The position numbers and the translations under genes were made by a program. A stretch of 64,000 nt of DNA from Scenedesmus sp. PABB004. Taxonomy: Eukaryota. The notes under the pieces are model-generated. The model saw nothing but the letters and a program-made list of their open reading frames with translations. It was not told where the DNA came from and did not search any database. The first letter of the stretch is position 1; every line of letters starts with the position of its first letter. Shown here in pieces: positions 12,363 to 25,229 of the stretch. Location: contig JABVCE010000002.1 of the NCBI GenBank assembly GCA_014905635.1, forward strand, positions 248,001 through 312,000, given 5' to 3'.

Positions 12363-13974
12363 TCACGCCGCTCTGCTCTTCGCGCGCGCCGCGCCCCTGC
12401 CGCCCCTGCCGCCGCCGCCGTCGCTGCCGGTGGCGTCCAGCACCGCCCACATGCAGGCCACGTTGGCCAGCAGGAAGAGCACGCCCGCGCCCCAGAGCGC
12501 CAGGTGCACGCCGGCGCCGCGGAACTCGAGCGCGTACGCCCAGGCGAGCCAGTGCAGCTGCGCGACGACCCACGCGGCGCCCGCGGCGGCGAGGCCGCGC
12601 GGCGGCGGCCAGGGCAGCTGCACGACCACGAGCGGCAGCAGGCTGAAGTACCACACAAAGTACTGCGCGGTGGAGACGCTGTTCAGCGCCACAAACGCGA
12701 CCGTCGTGAGCAGCCAGCAGCGTGGCTGGTCGCGCGCGAGCGCGCCCGCAAACGCAAGCGTGAGCGCCGCCTGCGGCGCAAACGCCCAGCGCCCCGCGTC
12801 GACGCGCGGCAGCGCGGCCACGAGCGCGGCCGCGGGCCCGCCGAGGCCGGCGGCGGCGCCGGCCGCGCTGCCCGGCGCGAGCGCGACGTCGCCGACCGCG
12901 CCTGCTGCGGCGCCGCCGCCCCCGGGGCCCTGCCAGGGCATGAAGGCGAGATAGGCAGGATAGTAGTAGGGTGAAAAGCTGTGCCGCGGGTCGCGGCGCC
13001 CCAGGTGGTGCAGGAACGCCTCGGCCACAAACGGCCGCCCGTACAGCGCGAAGCAGGCGCCGCCGAGGGCCACAAACACGGCGCCCGACAGGCCGCCAAA
13101 CGCGGCGCCCTCGGCCGCGACCGCGGCCGCCCAGCACGCCCAGCGCGGGCGGCGCGCCTGCGCGGCGCGGGCGGGCGGGCGTGCGAGGCGGCGGGGCCGC
13201 GGGGCCGCGCGCCGCGCCCGTGCTGTGCCACAGGGCCGCGCCGCCCGTGCGCAGCGCGTGCCTGCTGCTTGTCCGCGCCGGCGCGCCGCGCGAGGCGCGC
13301 GTGCGCGAGGTGCAGCACGATGCCCGGGGCGTAGAGTATGGGGTAGAGCCGGAGGTGCACGGCGAGGCCGTACAGGACCGCCGCGCGGCCGCGCCGCCCC
13401 GCCGCGAGCGCCAGCAGCACGCCCAGCAGCAGCACCGTCACGAGCGAGTCGCACGAGCCGCGCGTGCTGATCGTCGCGGTGAAGGGGTTGTACAGCCAGG
13501 CCACGACCGCCCACCACGCGCGCGCCGGCGTCGCGCCGCGCAGCGCGGCGAGGCGCCAGATCTGCCAGCCCGCGAGTATGTCGGCGGCAGAGAAGAGGAC
13601 CTGCGCGCCGCGCCGGCGCGCCGGCGTCGGCGGCACGCGGGCGCGACCGATTCAGCGGCGCGCTCCGCACCGCAACCGCCGCAACCCCCGCTGCCCCCCG
13701 CCCCGGTCCCGCGCGCCGCCCGCACCTTGCCCCACACGCGCGTGAGCAGCACGTTTGGGAGCAGCGCCCAGGCGAGCAGGGGGCTGTAGCGGTAGGTCGC
13801 GCGGTCGTAGGGGCTGGCCCCGGCCGACACAAAGCGCGCCGCGTCGGTGAAGACGGCGTAGTCGACGTCCGTGTATCGCACCGCCAGCAGCGCGTCCTGC
13901 GCCTCCCCCCACGCGATCAGGGCCGCCCGCAGCGCGCCGCTGAGCGCCAGCAGGCGCCCGATCGCGGGCGCCAT
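12363..13974 (-). CDS. PIGM: GPI mannosyltransferase 1 (PIG-M), 3 exons
   Basis: [15 protein letters not shown]...[45 protein letters not shown] and TAQYFVWY. Introns 13725-13601 (GT-AG) and 13261-13158 (GC-AG). Confidence 0.95.
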
Positions 13975-14272
13975 GCGAGCCGGGTCGGCGGCAGCGGCGC
14001 TGCCCACGCGGCGCTGCGCGCGGCGCGGGGCTGAGGGCGGGGCCGGGCCGGTGGCGTCCCAGGGGCGGCTGTAGGCCGTCGCCGTCGCCTCCCCCGGCGT
14101 GTGTCGCCTGGGGCCGCAGCGCCGCATTTTGAGACGGCGGCGCCGTCGCCCAACCCCAAACCCGCGCCCCCCAGGCTTCGCAGTGGGGCCCCCGCCCCAT
14201 TGCCGTCGAGCATTCCGCTGCGGACACAGCTCCTCCCCGCCAGAGGCCGCGCGCCCGCCGCCGCTCGCCGCC

Positions 14273-14577
14273 ATGGCCGCCCGCGCGGCGCTGGGGCGCG
14301 CCTTCCTGGCCTCCGGCGCGACTATCTTCGGCCTGGGCGCGGCGACCATGCTGGTCAGCTCCGTCTCGATGGGCGTCGCGCGCGTGGTGGTCACGCAGAA
14401 GAAGGTGCGCCCCGGAGCCGCGGCAGCAGCGGCAGTCGCAGCAGCGGCGGCGTCGGCAGCAGCGGCAGCGGCGGCGGTGGCGGCGGCAGCGGCAGCGGCG
14501 GCGAAGGCGGCGGCGGCGACGGGCGGAGCAGCCAGCCACAAGCAGCGGCGGCCAGGCCAGCCGCCGCTCGCCCAGCC

Positions 14578-14609
<32 letters not shown>

Positions 14610-14993
14610 CCGCCGCAGAAAAAGACGGCCGTGCCGTGCGGCATCTGCCAGGGCGCCAAGCGCATGCCGTGCGACGTCTGCAGCGGTGCGCGCGCGCGGG
14701 GGGCCCGCGCCGCGCGCCCCCGCGCCGCGCCCCCCGCACCGGGCTCACGCCGCCTGCGCCGCGCCACACCGCGCGCGCCGCCCCGCCCGCGCGCCGCAGG
14801 CGAGAAGGCGATCCGGTACCACCCGTTCAAGACGATGCCGCTCGGCAGCGCGCGCATGCCGCTGACCGCGTGCGCGATGTGCGGCGCGAGCGGCGCGCAG
14901 ACCTGCCTCAACTGCCTCGGCGAGGGCCTCGTCAACCCCCGCCTGCCCGCGGTCGGGCCCGGCCTCGGCCCCGGCGGCGACGCGCTCGCGTGA
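14273..14993 (+). CDS. DnaJ-type cysteine-rich zinc-finger protein with N-terminal hydrophobic segment
   Basis: Four CxxCxGxx repeats across 3 exons: [28 protein letters not shown]. Confidence 0.85.
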
Positions 14994-15260
14994 CGCGCCG
15001 GCGGCGCACCCCACCCCACCCCACCCCACACCACACCTCGCCCGCGGACGCGCCGGCGAGCCGGCGCCGGGCGCGGTCCGCCGGCGCTGGCGCGCCGCAG
15101 CGCCGCCGGGCGCGGCGCCCGGCCTCCACCATCCACACCTGCTGCGCATGCGCACCTCGTGCGCGCCTGGCCCCTGAGCCGCCGCCGGTGCAGCGATAGG
15201 GCTCCGCGGCGCTGCGCCGCCGCGGCGCAGCGCGCGGCGCCCAAGGCTCCGCTCCAGCTT

Positions 15261-15265
15261 TGTAA
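15261..15265 (+). promoter_or_regulatory. TGTAA chlorophyte-type polyadenylation signal
   Basis: TGTAA ~270 nt after the stop of the Zn-finger gene. The motif is rare in this GC-rich context. Confidence 0.5.
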
Positions 15266-15467
15266 GCCTCCTCGGACGTCCGCACGACCGCCTGCTCGCG
15301 TTTCGCGACCGTCACGTACTTTGCGAAAAAGCCCCGCCGGCGCACACGCTCGATCAGGCGCTCCCGCCTGCCTGAACGCGACGAGCCAGCAGCTAGGGCG
15401 CGCAGGGCGAGCGCTGGGCAGCTGCGTCCCCCGGGGCGCGGCGGGCAGCGCAGGGCGTGGCGCGCTG

Positions 15468-17246
15468 ATGGCGAGCCCCGCGGCGGTCGCCGCGGGGCGG
15501 GGGCAGGGCGTGGCGGGCTGCTCGCCTAGGCGGAATAGCTGCGGGTCCCGCCAGCGACGCTGCGCGCCGCCCCGACGCTGCGCCGGGCCAGCGGGCGCCG
15601 CCGCTGGCGTGCCTGCGAGCGGCGCCGTGGCGCTGCCGCAGCAGCAGCAGCTGCCGCAGCTGGCGCAGCAGCAGCAGTGGGAGCATGGGGAGCCCCACCA
15701 GCGCCGCGAGCCCGCGCGGGGCAGTGAAAGCTGCGGCGCCGCAAGCCTCGGCCTCTTTGCCGCGGTCGCGCCGGCGCCCGGCCAGCAGCAGCTGCTGCGC
15801 GGCGCGGCGCGGCTGCGGCAGGCGCTGCGGCGGCGCTGGAGCCTGGAGCGCCTCACCGCGGCGCTGGCCGCCGCGTCGGTCGTGCCCGCGCTGGCGCTCG
15901 CGCTCGCGCCGCTCGCGGCCGCGCCGCCCGGCGTCGCCGAGGCAGCGGGGTCAGCCGCGGCGGCGGCCGCCGCCGACCCGGCGAGCTGGCAGGCGCGTGC
16001 GCACCGGGCGGGGCGCGCGGCGGCCGGGCGTGGGGGCGGGCGTGGGGCCGGGCGTGGGGCCGGGCGGGGGGGGGCGCCCGCGCTTGCGCATCGAGTGAGC
16101 TGAGCTGCGCTGCGCGGCCGCGCCGCAGGGGCCGCTGCGTGACATGTTCAGCTTCACTGTGCTTCTCTCTGTCTTCGTCTGCTGCGAGCCGGGCGCGGCG
16201 GCGGCGGCGGCCGTCTCGGCGGCGGGCGCGGCGCTGGCACTGGTGCGCAGCGCGCTGCGCGGGGGCGCGGCCGGCCGGCGCGCGCCGCGCGCCATGCGCA
16301 CCGCCTCTCAAGCCTGCACGCCGCCTCTCTGCTTTCCAAACGCGCAGCTCGCCGAGCCAGAGGTGCTGCCGCCGGTGGCGGGCTGCACGGCTGCGGCGCT
16401 GGCGGCGACCGCGGCGGCCGTGCTGGTGCTGGCGGCTGCGACGCTGCAGCGGCGGCCAGAGCGGCGCGGCTGGCGGCCAGAGGCGGCCATGCTGCGCGTG
16501 CAGCAGGCGCTCGGCGTGCTGGGCGGCGGCCTGCTGGCGCAGGTGCGTGCGGCCGCGCGCCGCCCGCCCAGCGCCGCGGCCGGCCGCGTGCCGCGCCGCA
16601 GCGCACCCGCCGCTGCCCGCCGACCGCGCCCACCGCACTGCGCGCCGCGCCGTGGCAGTTTGGCGCGAGCCTGGTCACGGCCGACGGCGGCGCCGCCGCC
16701 GGCGGCTGGCTGCTCGCCGTGGCCGGCGGCGCGGCCGCGGTGCTGGCGGCGCGCGCCGCGCTGCCCCGGCTGCTGGCCGCGTCGGCCCCCGGGCCAGCGT
16801 TCTGGGAGGACTGGCCCGCCTGGTCGGCGACGCTGCTGCTCATCCTGCAGCCCCTGCACCAGCTCGTCGCGTCGGCGCTCGCGCCGGCGCAGCTGCTGCC
16901 GGGCGTGTCGCCGGGCCAGCAGGCGCTGCTCGTGCTCGCGGCGGGGCTGCAGGTGCCGCGCGCGCTGTTGATGCGGGAGCTCATGTGGTTCACCGGCACC
17001 GCTAGCGCCGCCCAGCTCGCCGCGGCGCAGCTGCTCGTCTGCGGCGCACACGGCGCGGCCGCGCGGGCCGCGGCGCTGCACCGGCAGCCGTGGGTCGCCG
17101 CTGGCGGTGCCGCCGACGCGAGCGGCTCGGCGACGCTCGTGGTGGGGGTGCTCGCGCTGGCGGGCGCGTTTGTCGCGCTGCGCGCGGGCTGGCGCAGCAT
17201 CGCACGGCGCTCGCTGCCGAGCGCGGGCGCCTCGGCGGCGTCGTAG
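15468..17246 (+). CDS. Divergent MEX1/RCP1-like plastid envelope maltose transporter, 3 exons
   Basis: WSATLLLILQPLHQL...GLQVPRALLMRELMWFTGT matches the MEX1 C-terminal signature (WTATLxF..P..Q; GLxIPRALFxRDxMWFTGS). Multiple TM segments and a transit-peptide-like N-terminus. GC-AG intron 15993-16128. Confidence 0.75.
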
Positions 17247-17511
17247 CGGCGCGGGCGGCGCGCGGCGGCCTCTGGGAGCCTCTGTGGCGGCAAATGTTGC
17301 CGCCGTGCCGTCCGCCGTCACGCTCGGCCCTCGCACATCGCGCTCGCTCAAACAATACAGTGCAGCCACCGCACAATGGCCTCGACGCCCTCGACACTCG
17401 ACGCGCAGGCGCCCACGCGCGGCAGCGCCCGCTCACAGCTGCCGCCAAGCCACGCGTGCGCACGCCCGCCACGGGCAGGCGCGGCTGGGCGCTCGCACCA
17501 GCCGCCGCGCC

Positions 17512-19818
17512 TCAGCGCGTGTAGCGGCCGGGCAGGTTGGTCTTGAGCCAGTCCCACAGCATGACCTGCGCGGCGCGTCGCGGCCGGGGCGCGCGCGTCG
17601 CGCCGCGCCGCGCCGCGCCCGCGCGCCGCGCGCCGCCCCGCGCGCGCGCACCGTCTGGAACGCGCCGCAGTGCGCGTCGAGCAGGCTCATCGCCGCGACG
17701 TCGGGCGCGGCGGGCTGGGGGAACGCGGCCGCGGGCACGACGGTGCGAAAGGGGTCGAGCAGCAGCGCGCGCTTGAGGCGCAGCCCCGCGCCGCGCGCCG
17801 TCACGGCGCAGCGCAGCAGCTGGAAGGCCGTCATGAAAGGCATCAGCGGCTGCAGCTCCTCGCTGCCCACCGCCAGCGCGGCGAGCGGGTCGGCGTCCTC
17901 CTCGGCCGCCGCCGCCGACGCGGCCGCGGCGGCCGCCGCCGCGGCGCTCGCGTCGCGCTTGGCCTGCTCGCGCCGCGCCTTGGCGCCGCGCGCGCCGCCG
18001 CCGGAGCCGCCGCCGCCGCCGGCGCCGTCGCCGCCCGCGGCGGCCGCGGCGGCCGCGGCCGCGGCGTGCGCGGTGAGCGCCCACACGTCGGGGCACCAGG
18101 GGTAGCTCGCGGCCTCGAGCTGCCCCTCCTGCTGCGGCGTGAGCACCTCGTCGACGACGGTGTGCAGGAACGCGACGACCGCCTCGCGCTCGGCCGAGAG
18201 GTTGCCCACCATGCCCTGCACCGCCGCGACGGTGTGCCAGCGCGCGCGCGGGACCTGCAGCAGCTGCAGCGCGAGCGTCGGCAGCACCTTCTGCCACTCG
18301 TCCGCGACGCGCGTCAGCTCCGCGAGCAGGCTGCGCCGCGCGGCCGCCATCGCGGCGAGCTGCTCGCCGCTGAGCCGCAGCGCGGCCAGCACGCCGCGCC
18401 AGTCCGCCGGCGGCGGCGGCGCGAGCGCCGCGGACGCCATCTCGCCCTGGTTGAGGCACCACACCGCCCAGTAGTAGTGGCTGAACAGCGCGTGCCGGTC
18501 AGTCATCTCGCGCCGGCGCAGCACCAGGCGCGACACGGCGGCCTCCGCGTCGGCGCCGCCGGCGGCGAGCAGCGCCTGCAGGCAGGCGATGTAGCGCTGC
18601 GCGGCGCGCGCCCGGCAGGGACAGGGGGGCACAGCAGGCGTCAGTGGCAGGGGCAGACCCTGCAGGCACGCCGCGCCGCTGCGCAGCCGCGCCGCCGCGC
18701 CGCCGCGCCGCCGCGCCGCCGCGCGGCCGCACCGGGAAGATGGTGTCTGTCATCGTGGCCACGGTCCAGCCCCGCAGCGCGCTGGTCAGCTCCGGCAACC
18801 GCGCCAGCTGCTCACACCACTGCCGCTGTTGCTGCTGCTGCGGTGGCTGCTCCTGCTGCTGCTGCGGCTGCGGCTGCGGCTGCTGCGGCTGCTCCTGCTG
18901 CGGCTGCTGCTGCTGGCCAGCGGCGCCCAGCAGCAGGGCGAGCAGGCCGCCCGGGGCGCCCGCAGACGTGCCCGGCGCCGCCGCCGCTGCCACCGTCGCT
19001 GCCTCATCCAGCAGCAGCACAAACTCTGCCAGCTCGCCCAGCAGCATCTCCTGCTCGCGCACCATGATCTCCTGCGCCCGGCAGCGGCGGCGGCGGCGGC
19101 GGCGTGGGCGGCCGCGCGCTGCGACGTGCCGCGCGCGTCGCGCGGGACGCCACTGGGGCGTGTGGCCCGCGCGCGCGCGCAAGCGCGCCGCGCGCGCGCA
19201 CCCTGTTGGTGTGCAGCCGCGCCTCGTGCGTGAGGTTGAGGCTGACCACCTGCTCCAGCAGGCGCGCGCGGCTCTCCAGCCGCGCCTTGTCAACGCGCAG
19301 CGCGCTCAGCTGCGAGCTCAGCTCCGCGACCTGCGCCTCGTTCGCGCGCATGCGCTGCTTCTGGCGCTCCCTGAAGCGCTTCTGCGCGAGCGCGCCCTTG
19401 TTGAGCGCCTTGCGCGGGCGGTGCGCGTCGTCGTGGCCGTAGTCGTCGCCGTGCTGCCCGCCCGAGCTGCTGCTCGGCGAGTTGCTGCCCGCGGGGCGCG
19501 GCGCCGCGGCGGCGGCGGCCGCCGCGCCGGCGCTGTGCGTCGGCGCGCACGCGTACGCGTCGCCGGCGGCCGCGGCGGCGGCGCTGTGCGCGTACGCGTC
19601 GGCGGCCGCCGCGGCGGCGCCGAGCGCGTACGCCTCCAGCTGCATCGGCGCCGCCCCGAGCAGGCCGCCGGGCGCGCCCATGCCCAGCAGGGCGTGGTGC
19701 TGGCCGGCCTGGTGCGTGCCCAGCGGCGCGAGGCTCGCTGCGAGCAGGTGGTGCGCCGTGGTCGTGCTGCCCCAGCTCGCGGGCAGTGACATCGCGTGCT
19801 CCATGCCCAGCGCCGCCG

Positions 19819-19850
<32 letters not shown>

Positions 19851-20185
19851 GCCGCCATGGCCCGCATGGAGCCCTGGCGCTGCAGCTCCGCCGCCAGGAG
19901 CTCGTGCTGCTGGTGGTGCTGCTGCGCCGCCGCCGCCGCCGCCGCGTGCTGCTGCTGCGCCGCCGCCGCCGCCGCCGTGGCGGCGCCGCGCGCGCCGGCA
20001 GCGGCCTTGGGCCCCAGCGCCGACCCGCTCCCGCCGCTCTGCACGGTCAGCGCGGGCGAGGCGAGGCTGGAGAGGCCGGGCGAGGCGAGGGGCGGGGGCC
20101 CGCCGCTCGCTGGCGCGCCGCCCAGGTCGGCAGCGAGCTCCCAGAGCAGCGGGTCCATCCACGCGCCCGCTTCGTCCTGCTGCAT
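17512..20185 (-). CDS. bZIP transcription factor, 4 exons
   Basis: Basic region and zipper NKGALAQKRFRERQKQRMRANEAQVAELSSQLSALRVDKARLESRARLLE. Q/A-rich N-terminus and C-terminal LTPQQEGQLEAASYPWCPD. Confidence 0.88.
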
Positions 20186-20711
20186 CGCGGCCAGCGGCTG
20201 AGGGCGAGCAGAATGCGCGCACGTGCGAGGTCGCGGGCCTGCCCGGCCGATTTACAGCCGCTCCCTCCCCGCGCGCGGCCCGGGTGCGCCTCCGGACTGC
20301 GGGCGCGGCGAACGCGCGCGGCGCCGGCCAACTCCAGGCACGCTCGGGCTTTGCGCGGTTCGCTGGTCGAGCTGCTCCCTCCTCAGCGCGCCGAGCACGC
20401 TCGGGGGCCGTGCGTTCGCGAGCGCCTCGCCGCACTGCGACTGCTCCGCGCCGCCGCGGGCCGGGCGGCGCGCCTGCCGCCGATCGGGCGCGCAGCGCGC
20501 GGCGCGCACCGGCCGGTGCGCCGGCGGCGAACGGCTGCGGCGCTCGCCACGACGACGGGACATGGACGGCCGGCGCTGCCACGACGCATGCTGCGCTGTC
20601 CCGCGTGGTGCTCGCTGACTTGCTCGCGCGCGCCGCCCCGCCCGGCAGCCTTGGCGGATGGCGGATGAGCGGGGGCCTGGCAGTCACCACCACCACAGCC
20701 CACCCACCGCC

Positions 20712-22977
20712 TCACCCAGCGGGCGCCGCGTCTCGCAGGATGGCCGCCACCGCCGCGGGCGAGAGCGGGCCGCCCGCGGCGAGCGCGGCGCCCGGGAACA
20801 CGGCGGCGAAGCAGGCCGCCAGGTGCGTGGCCACGACGTCGGCGTGCGCGCGGCAGGCCGCCGCAAACAGCGGCACCTCGCCCTCCGCCAGCGCGCGCGT
20901 GTGGCGGTAGTGCACCAGCGCGCCCGCCACCTGCTCCAGCGCGCCCTGCAGCAGCGCCGCGGCGGGGCGCTGCAGCGGCAGCAGCGCGCAGTGCCGCAGC
21001 TCGTTCAGCGCCGACAGCGCGCCGTTGGTGAAGACGGCGAGCGGCACGTGCTCCATCAGCGCGTACGGCGGCGCCAGCTCCGCGCCCGCCGCGCCGCCGC
21101 CGGCGCCGCCGGCGCCGTCGCCGCCGCCGTCCGGCTGCGCCTGCTGCGCCTCGCGCGCCTTGCTGAACATGGGCGACGGCATGGCGACCCACTTGTGCGC
21201 GTCGAGGCGCGCGTGGAAGGCGTCCACCGCGACGCCGAGCTTGGCCGAGAAGAGGCGCAGCGCGGCGAGCTGGAACAGCGGCGCGAGCAGGCCGCTGAAG
21301 TCGAGCCCCACGCGCGCGAGGCTGCTGCACGCGTACGTCGCGTGCTCGAGCACGCTCGCGAGGTTGGTCCCCTCCTCCACGCCCGGCAGCGCCGCCGTGA
21401 GCGCCGACACGTACCGCACGACGCGGTGCTGCACCCACGTGAACAGCACGCCGCCCTCGCGCACGCCGCCGCCGCCGCCGTCCTGCGCCGCGCGGCGGCG
21501 GGGGCGTGAGCGGCGCGCGCGCGCGCGCGCCCGCGGCGGCAGCGGCGCGCCGCGCGGCGCGGGGCGGCGCCGCGCACCGGCTGCTGTGCGGGCGCCGCGT
21601 CGAAGAAGATTGCGCGGTACTGCATGACGACGTCAAAGAGGTGCAGCCGGTGCACGTCGGTGAGCTGCTTCGCGAACTCGTAGCTGTCGCTGTCGTCCAG
21701 CTCGCCGATGAGCGCCGACAGCCAGTCCTCCCTGCGCCGACGGCGACGCGGCGGCGTGCGCGTGCGCGTGCGCGCGCGCGCCAGCGCAGCGGCCCCCAAT
21801 CAGGCGGCTGGCCGCCGCGCGCGCCGCGCCGCCGCGCCGCGCGCCGCGCCTGCAGCGCAGGAAGTGCAGGCGCAGCTCGGCCTCGGGGAAGGCGGCCATG
21901 CGGCGCAGGTAGCCGATCACGCGCAGGCACTCGGGCAGCTGGATGTTGGTGCGCAGCCGCGCGAGCAGCTGCCCCAGCATCGCCTGCGACACCGCCTGCG
22001 CCTGCGCGGGCGCGCCGGTCAGGCGCCGGGCGCGCGCGTCAGCGCCCGCCGCGCGGCGCGGGCGGCGCCGCGCGCGCCGCGCCGCCATTGCCAGCGCGCG
22101 CGGGCGCGCGCGCGCGCGCGGGCGCCACCTGCGCCGCGAGCAGGCGCACGACGGGCAGGTCTGGGTGGAGCAGCGCGACGCGCGAGATGAAGGCGTGCAG
22201 GTCGAGCGCCTCGTCGTACACGCCGTTGCGCACGCACGTGTCCATCAGCTGCGGCGCGTCCAGCAGCTCCAGGACCGTCGCCTGCTGGGCTGCGGGGCGG
22301 CGGCGGCGGCGCCCGCGGCGACGGCGGCGCTCGGGCGGGCGGCGCGGCGCGGGCCGCGCGTGCGGGCCCGCGCGCGCGCGGGCTGCGCGCGTGGGCGCAC
22401 GCCGCGCGCACCCAGGAGCTGCTTGTTGGCGGCGTGCGCGGCGAGCACGCCCGCGGCGTCGCGGGAGAAGCCCTCGAAGGTGCCCGCGAGGTCGGGCACG
22501 CGCGCCGCGAGCGCGCCGAGGCCGTCGCACGCGCCGCCGAGCTGCGCCTGCACCACGCCCAGCGCGGCCGCGCTGTCGATGAAGGCATGGTAGTGCGCCA
22601 GCGCCGCAGACGCCACGCCACGCTCCACGCGCGCGCGCTCCTCCGCCAGCAGCTCCGGCTCCTGCGCAGCAACGCGCCGCGCGGGGCGGGGTGGCGCCGC
22701 GCCGCCGCGCGGCGAGGGCCGCGCGGCGCGGCGCGCCGCGGCGCGGCGCGCGGCCCACCTTGCGCAGCCGCTCCAGCGAGTAGGAGAGCAGCTCGCTGAT
22801 GTACATGTCGGCCGCCTTGGCCGCGTCGGCGCCGCCCGGCTGCGCGGCCGGCCGCGCGAGCGACGCGCCGCGCGCGAGCGGCGCCGCTGCCGCCGGCGCG
22901 GCGGCGGCGCCGCGCGGCGTGCCGAGCTGCCCCAGGGCAGCAGCAGCCGGCGGAGCGTCTGCCGCCGCGCTGGCCAT
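20712..22977 (-). CDS. COG8: Conserved oligomeric Golgi complex subunit 8 (Dor1 family)
   Basis: [80 protein letters not shown] and SLARVGLDF. Confidence 0.95.
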
Positions 22978-23282
22978 GGCGCCGGGCGCCCCAGCGACGG
23001 CGCGGCGGCGCGGGCGCGGCGGTTGCAGCGGCAGGGGCGCGCCGCGCGCTGTCCTGATCGGTCGCCTGCTGCAGGCGCCGGCGCCTGCGGGGCGGTGCCT
23101 TGGTCGAGTGGGCGTCCGGAGCGCGGCGGGGCCGCAAGCTCGCGCCTCGAGCAGCACAGAACCCCGCTGGTGCTCCAGCTCGCCACGCTATTTCCGATCG
23201 CCCCCCGCCCGCGCAGGCGCGTCGCTGCGTTCCGGTCCGCCTCTCCCCGCACCACGCAGCCCCGCCCGCGCCCTCTACGTTC

Positions 23283-23621
23283 ATGAGTGAAGGCGCCCCC
23301 GCCTCGCCGCTCGCCGCCGGCCCCGGCTCCTTCTACTGCTATGCCAAGTGCGTTTTCGTGCCGGGCGCGTCGCGCCTGGCGTGCTGGGGGCGCGCTGCCG
23401 GCGCGGCGCGGCGCGGCACGCGTCCGCATCACCACGCACGCCCCCGGCACGCCGCGGGCTCGCAGGGCCCCCGCGCTCGGCTCGTTCCTGCTCAGCCGCA
23501 CGCGGAGCGAGAAGCTGGTGCACGCGAAACTCGACAGCGTCCTGAACAGGTGTGACGGCTGCGCCGCGCGAGCCGCTGCTGCTCGCGGCTGCGGTCCGCC
23601 GCGCCCGCCCGCCGCCCACGG

Positions 23622-23655
<34 letters not shown>

Positions 23656-24661
23656 AGCTGGGAGGACGAGCAGCACCAGGGCAGCCTGCCCAGCAGCTAC
23701 GAGCCGTCGTCGCCATGCGGGGGCAGCCCCGTGTCGCTCGCGCGCGGGGGCAGCCTGCCGTCGACGCAGAGCTACGTCTACAAGCACGCCGGCCTCACGG
23801 TCAAGGTGGGGCTTGAGGAGGTGGCGAGCGAGCTCTTCCGCGTGAAGCCCTACGTCTACGCGGCCGACGACGGCGCCGCCGTCATCGTGTTCTCAGGCGC
23901 GCGCCCGAGGCGGCGCCCGCGCCCGCGGCGCCCGCGGCGGTGGCGGCAGGCGGCAGGCGGCGCCGGGCTCCCCCCCCCTCCCGCCGCCCCCTCGCCCTTC
24001 CCTCCCTCGCCGTGCGCCGACCCGCGCTGCTCGCGCGCGCCGCGCGCCCGCAGGCGCGCTGCGCAACCTGTCGGAGCTCGCGGGCTCGCTGGCGCGCCGC
24101 CGCGCGAGCCCGCGCGGCGCGGCCGCGGCGGACGCGAACAACGGCCTGCCCGCGCCCTCGCTCGAGCGCAAGTCGAGCATCGAGCGCAGCCTGGACCTCG
24201 GCGCGCTGACCGCGCGGACGGTGCTCCGCCTGTACCTCGACGCCGGCCTCGGCGCCGACGGCGACGGCGCGGCGCTGCTGCTGAGCGAGCTCATGGGCGA
24301 GTACGCGTTTGTGGTGTACGACAGCCGCCGCCGCGCCGCGTTTGCCGCGCGCGACCCGTCCGGCGCGGAGCCGCTCTTCTACCGCCTCGACGACGACGGC
24401 GGCGTCGCGTTTGCCTCGTCGCGCCTGCCCCTGCCCGACGCCGAGCGCGGCGGCGGCGAGTGGCGCGAGCTGCCGCCGGGGCACTACATCGTCGGCGGGC
24501 GCGCGCCGCGCGTGCAGCAGTACGCGCTCACGCCGACGCAGCTCGCGGCGCGGGAGCTGCAGCAGGACGACGAGCTCGCCGCGCCCCGGCGCTCGCTAGA
24601 CAACGACCGCCTGCCCGGGGCGCGGTGCCTCGACACCGACGTCTTTGCGCTGGAGCTCTGA
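23283..24661 (+). CDS. Wali7/TSJT1-like Ntn-hydrolase (GATase type II-like) fold protein, 4 exons
   Basis: VIVFSGALRNL, LSELMGEYAFVVYD...FAARDPSGAEPLFY and WRELPPGHY. No N-terminal catalytic Cys. Introns at 23348, 23550 and 23897 (GC donor). Confidence 0.8.
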
Positions 24662-25110
24662 GCGCCGAGAGCCGCCGCGCGCGCGCTCGTTTTGCCGTGC
24701 GTTCATGCGCGCTGTGTGTGCTGCGCGCCGTGGAGAGCGAGTCGGCAGGCGCACGTCGGGCTGCCGCCGACGCGGAGCAGAGGGGATGCGGGAGAGGGGG
24801 CGACGCCGCGCTGCGCGCGCCGCATCGCTGCCGCGGCGGCGGCGCGCGCGGCGGCCGGCGCCTGTACTCATAGCACGCACGCCATTTTCCTGCTGCTGCG
24901 GATCACGGCCGCAGGCCTCGCCGCCGCGCGGCGCAGGCCCCTGCTCCCAGGGCGCCGGCCGCGCAGCGCACGCATCCCAGCCCGTGTACAAGAGAAGAAC
25001 ACAGCCGCCTCGCTTGCTGCTGCACGAATAAGGAGCATCCGCGTTTTGTGCCGCCGACGGGGCGCAGCAGCACACCACGTGCGCGCCGCCTGACGGGAAG
25101 GGCTGCCTCG

Positions 25111-25123
25111 TGCCCGCCTGCCC

Positions 25124-25152
<29 letters not shown>
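25111..25152. repeat. (CCTG)n-like microsatellite between convergent 3' ends
   Basis: Directly visible. Confidence 0.85.
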
Positions 25153-25154
<2 letters not shown>

Positions 25155-25229
25155 TGTGTGCGGCGCTCGCCGCAACCAGGGAGTTGAAACACAGAGAGGT
25201 TTCCGTCGCGCGCCGCCGCTCGCTCGCGC

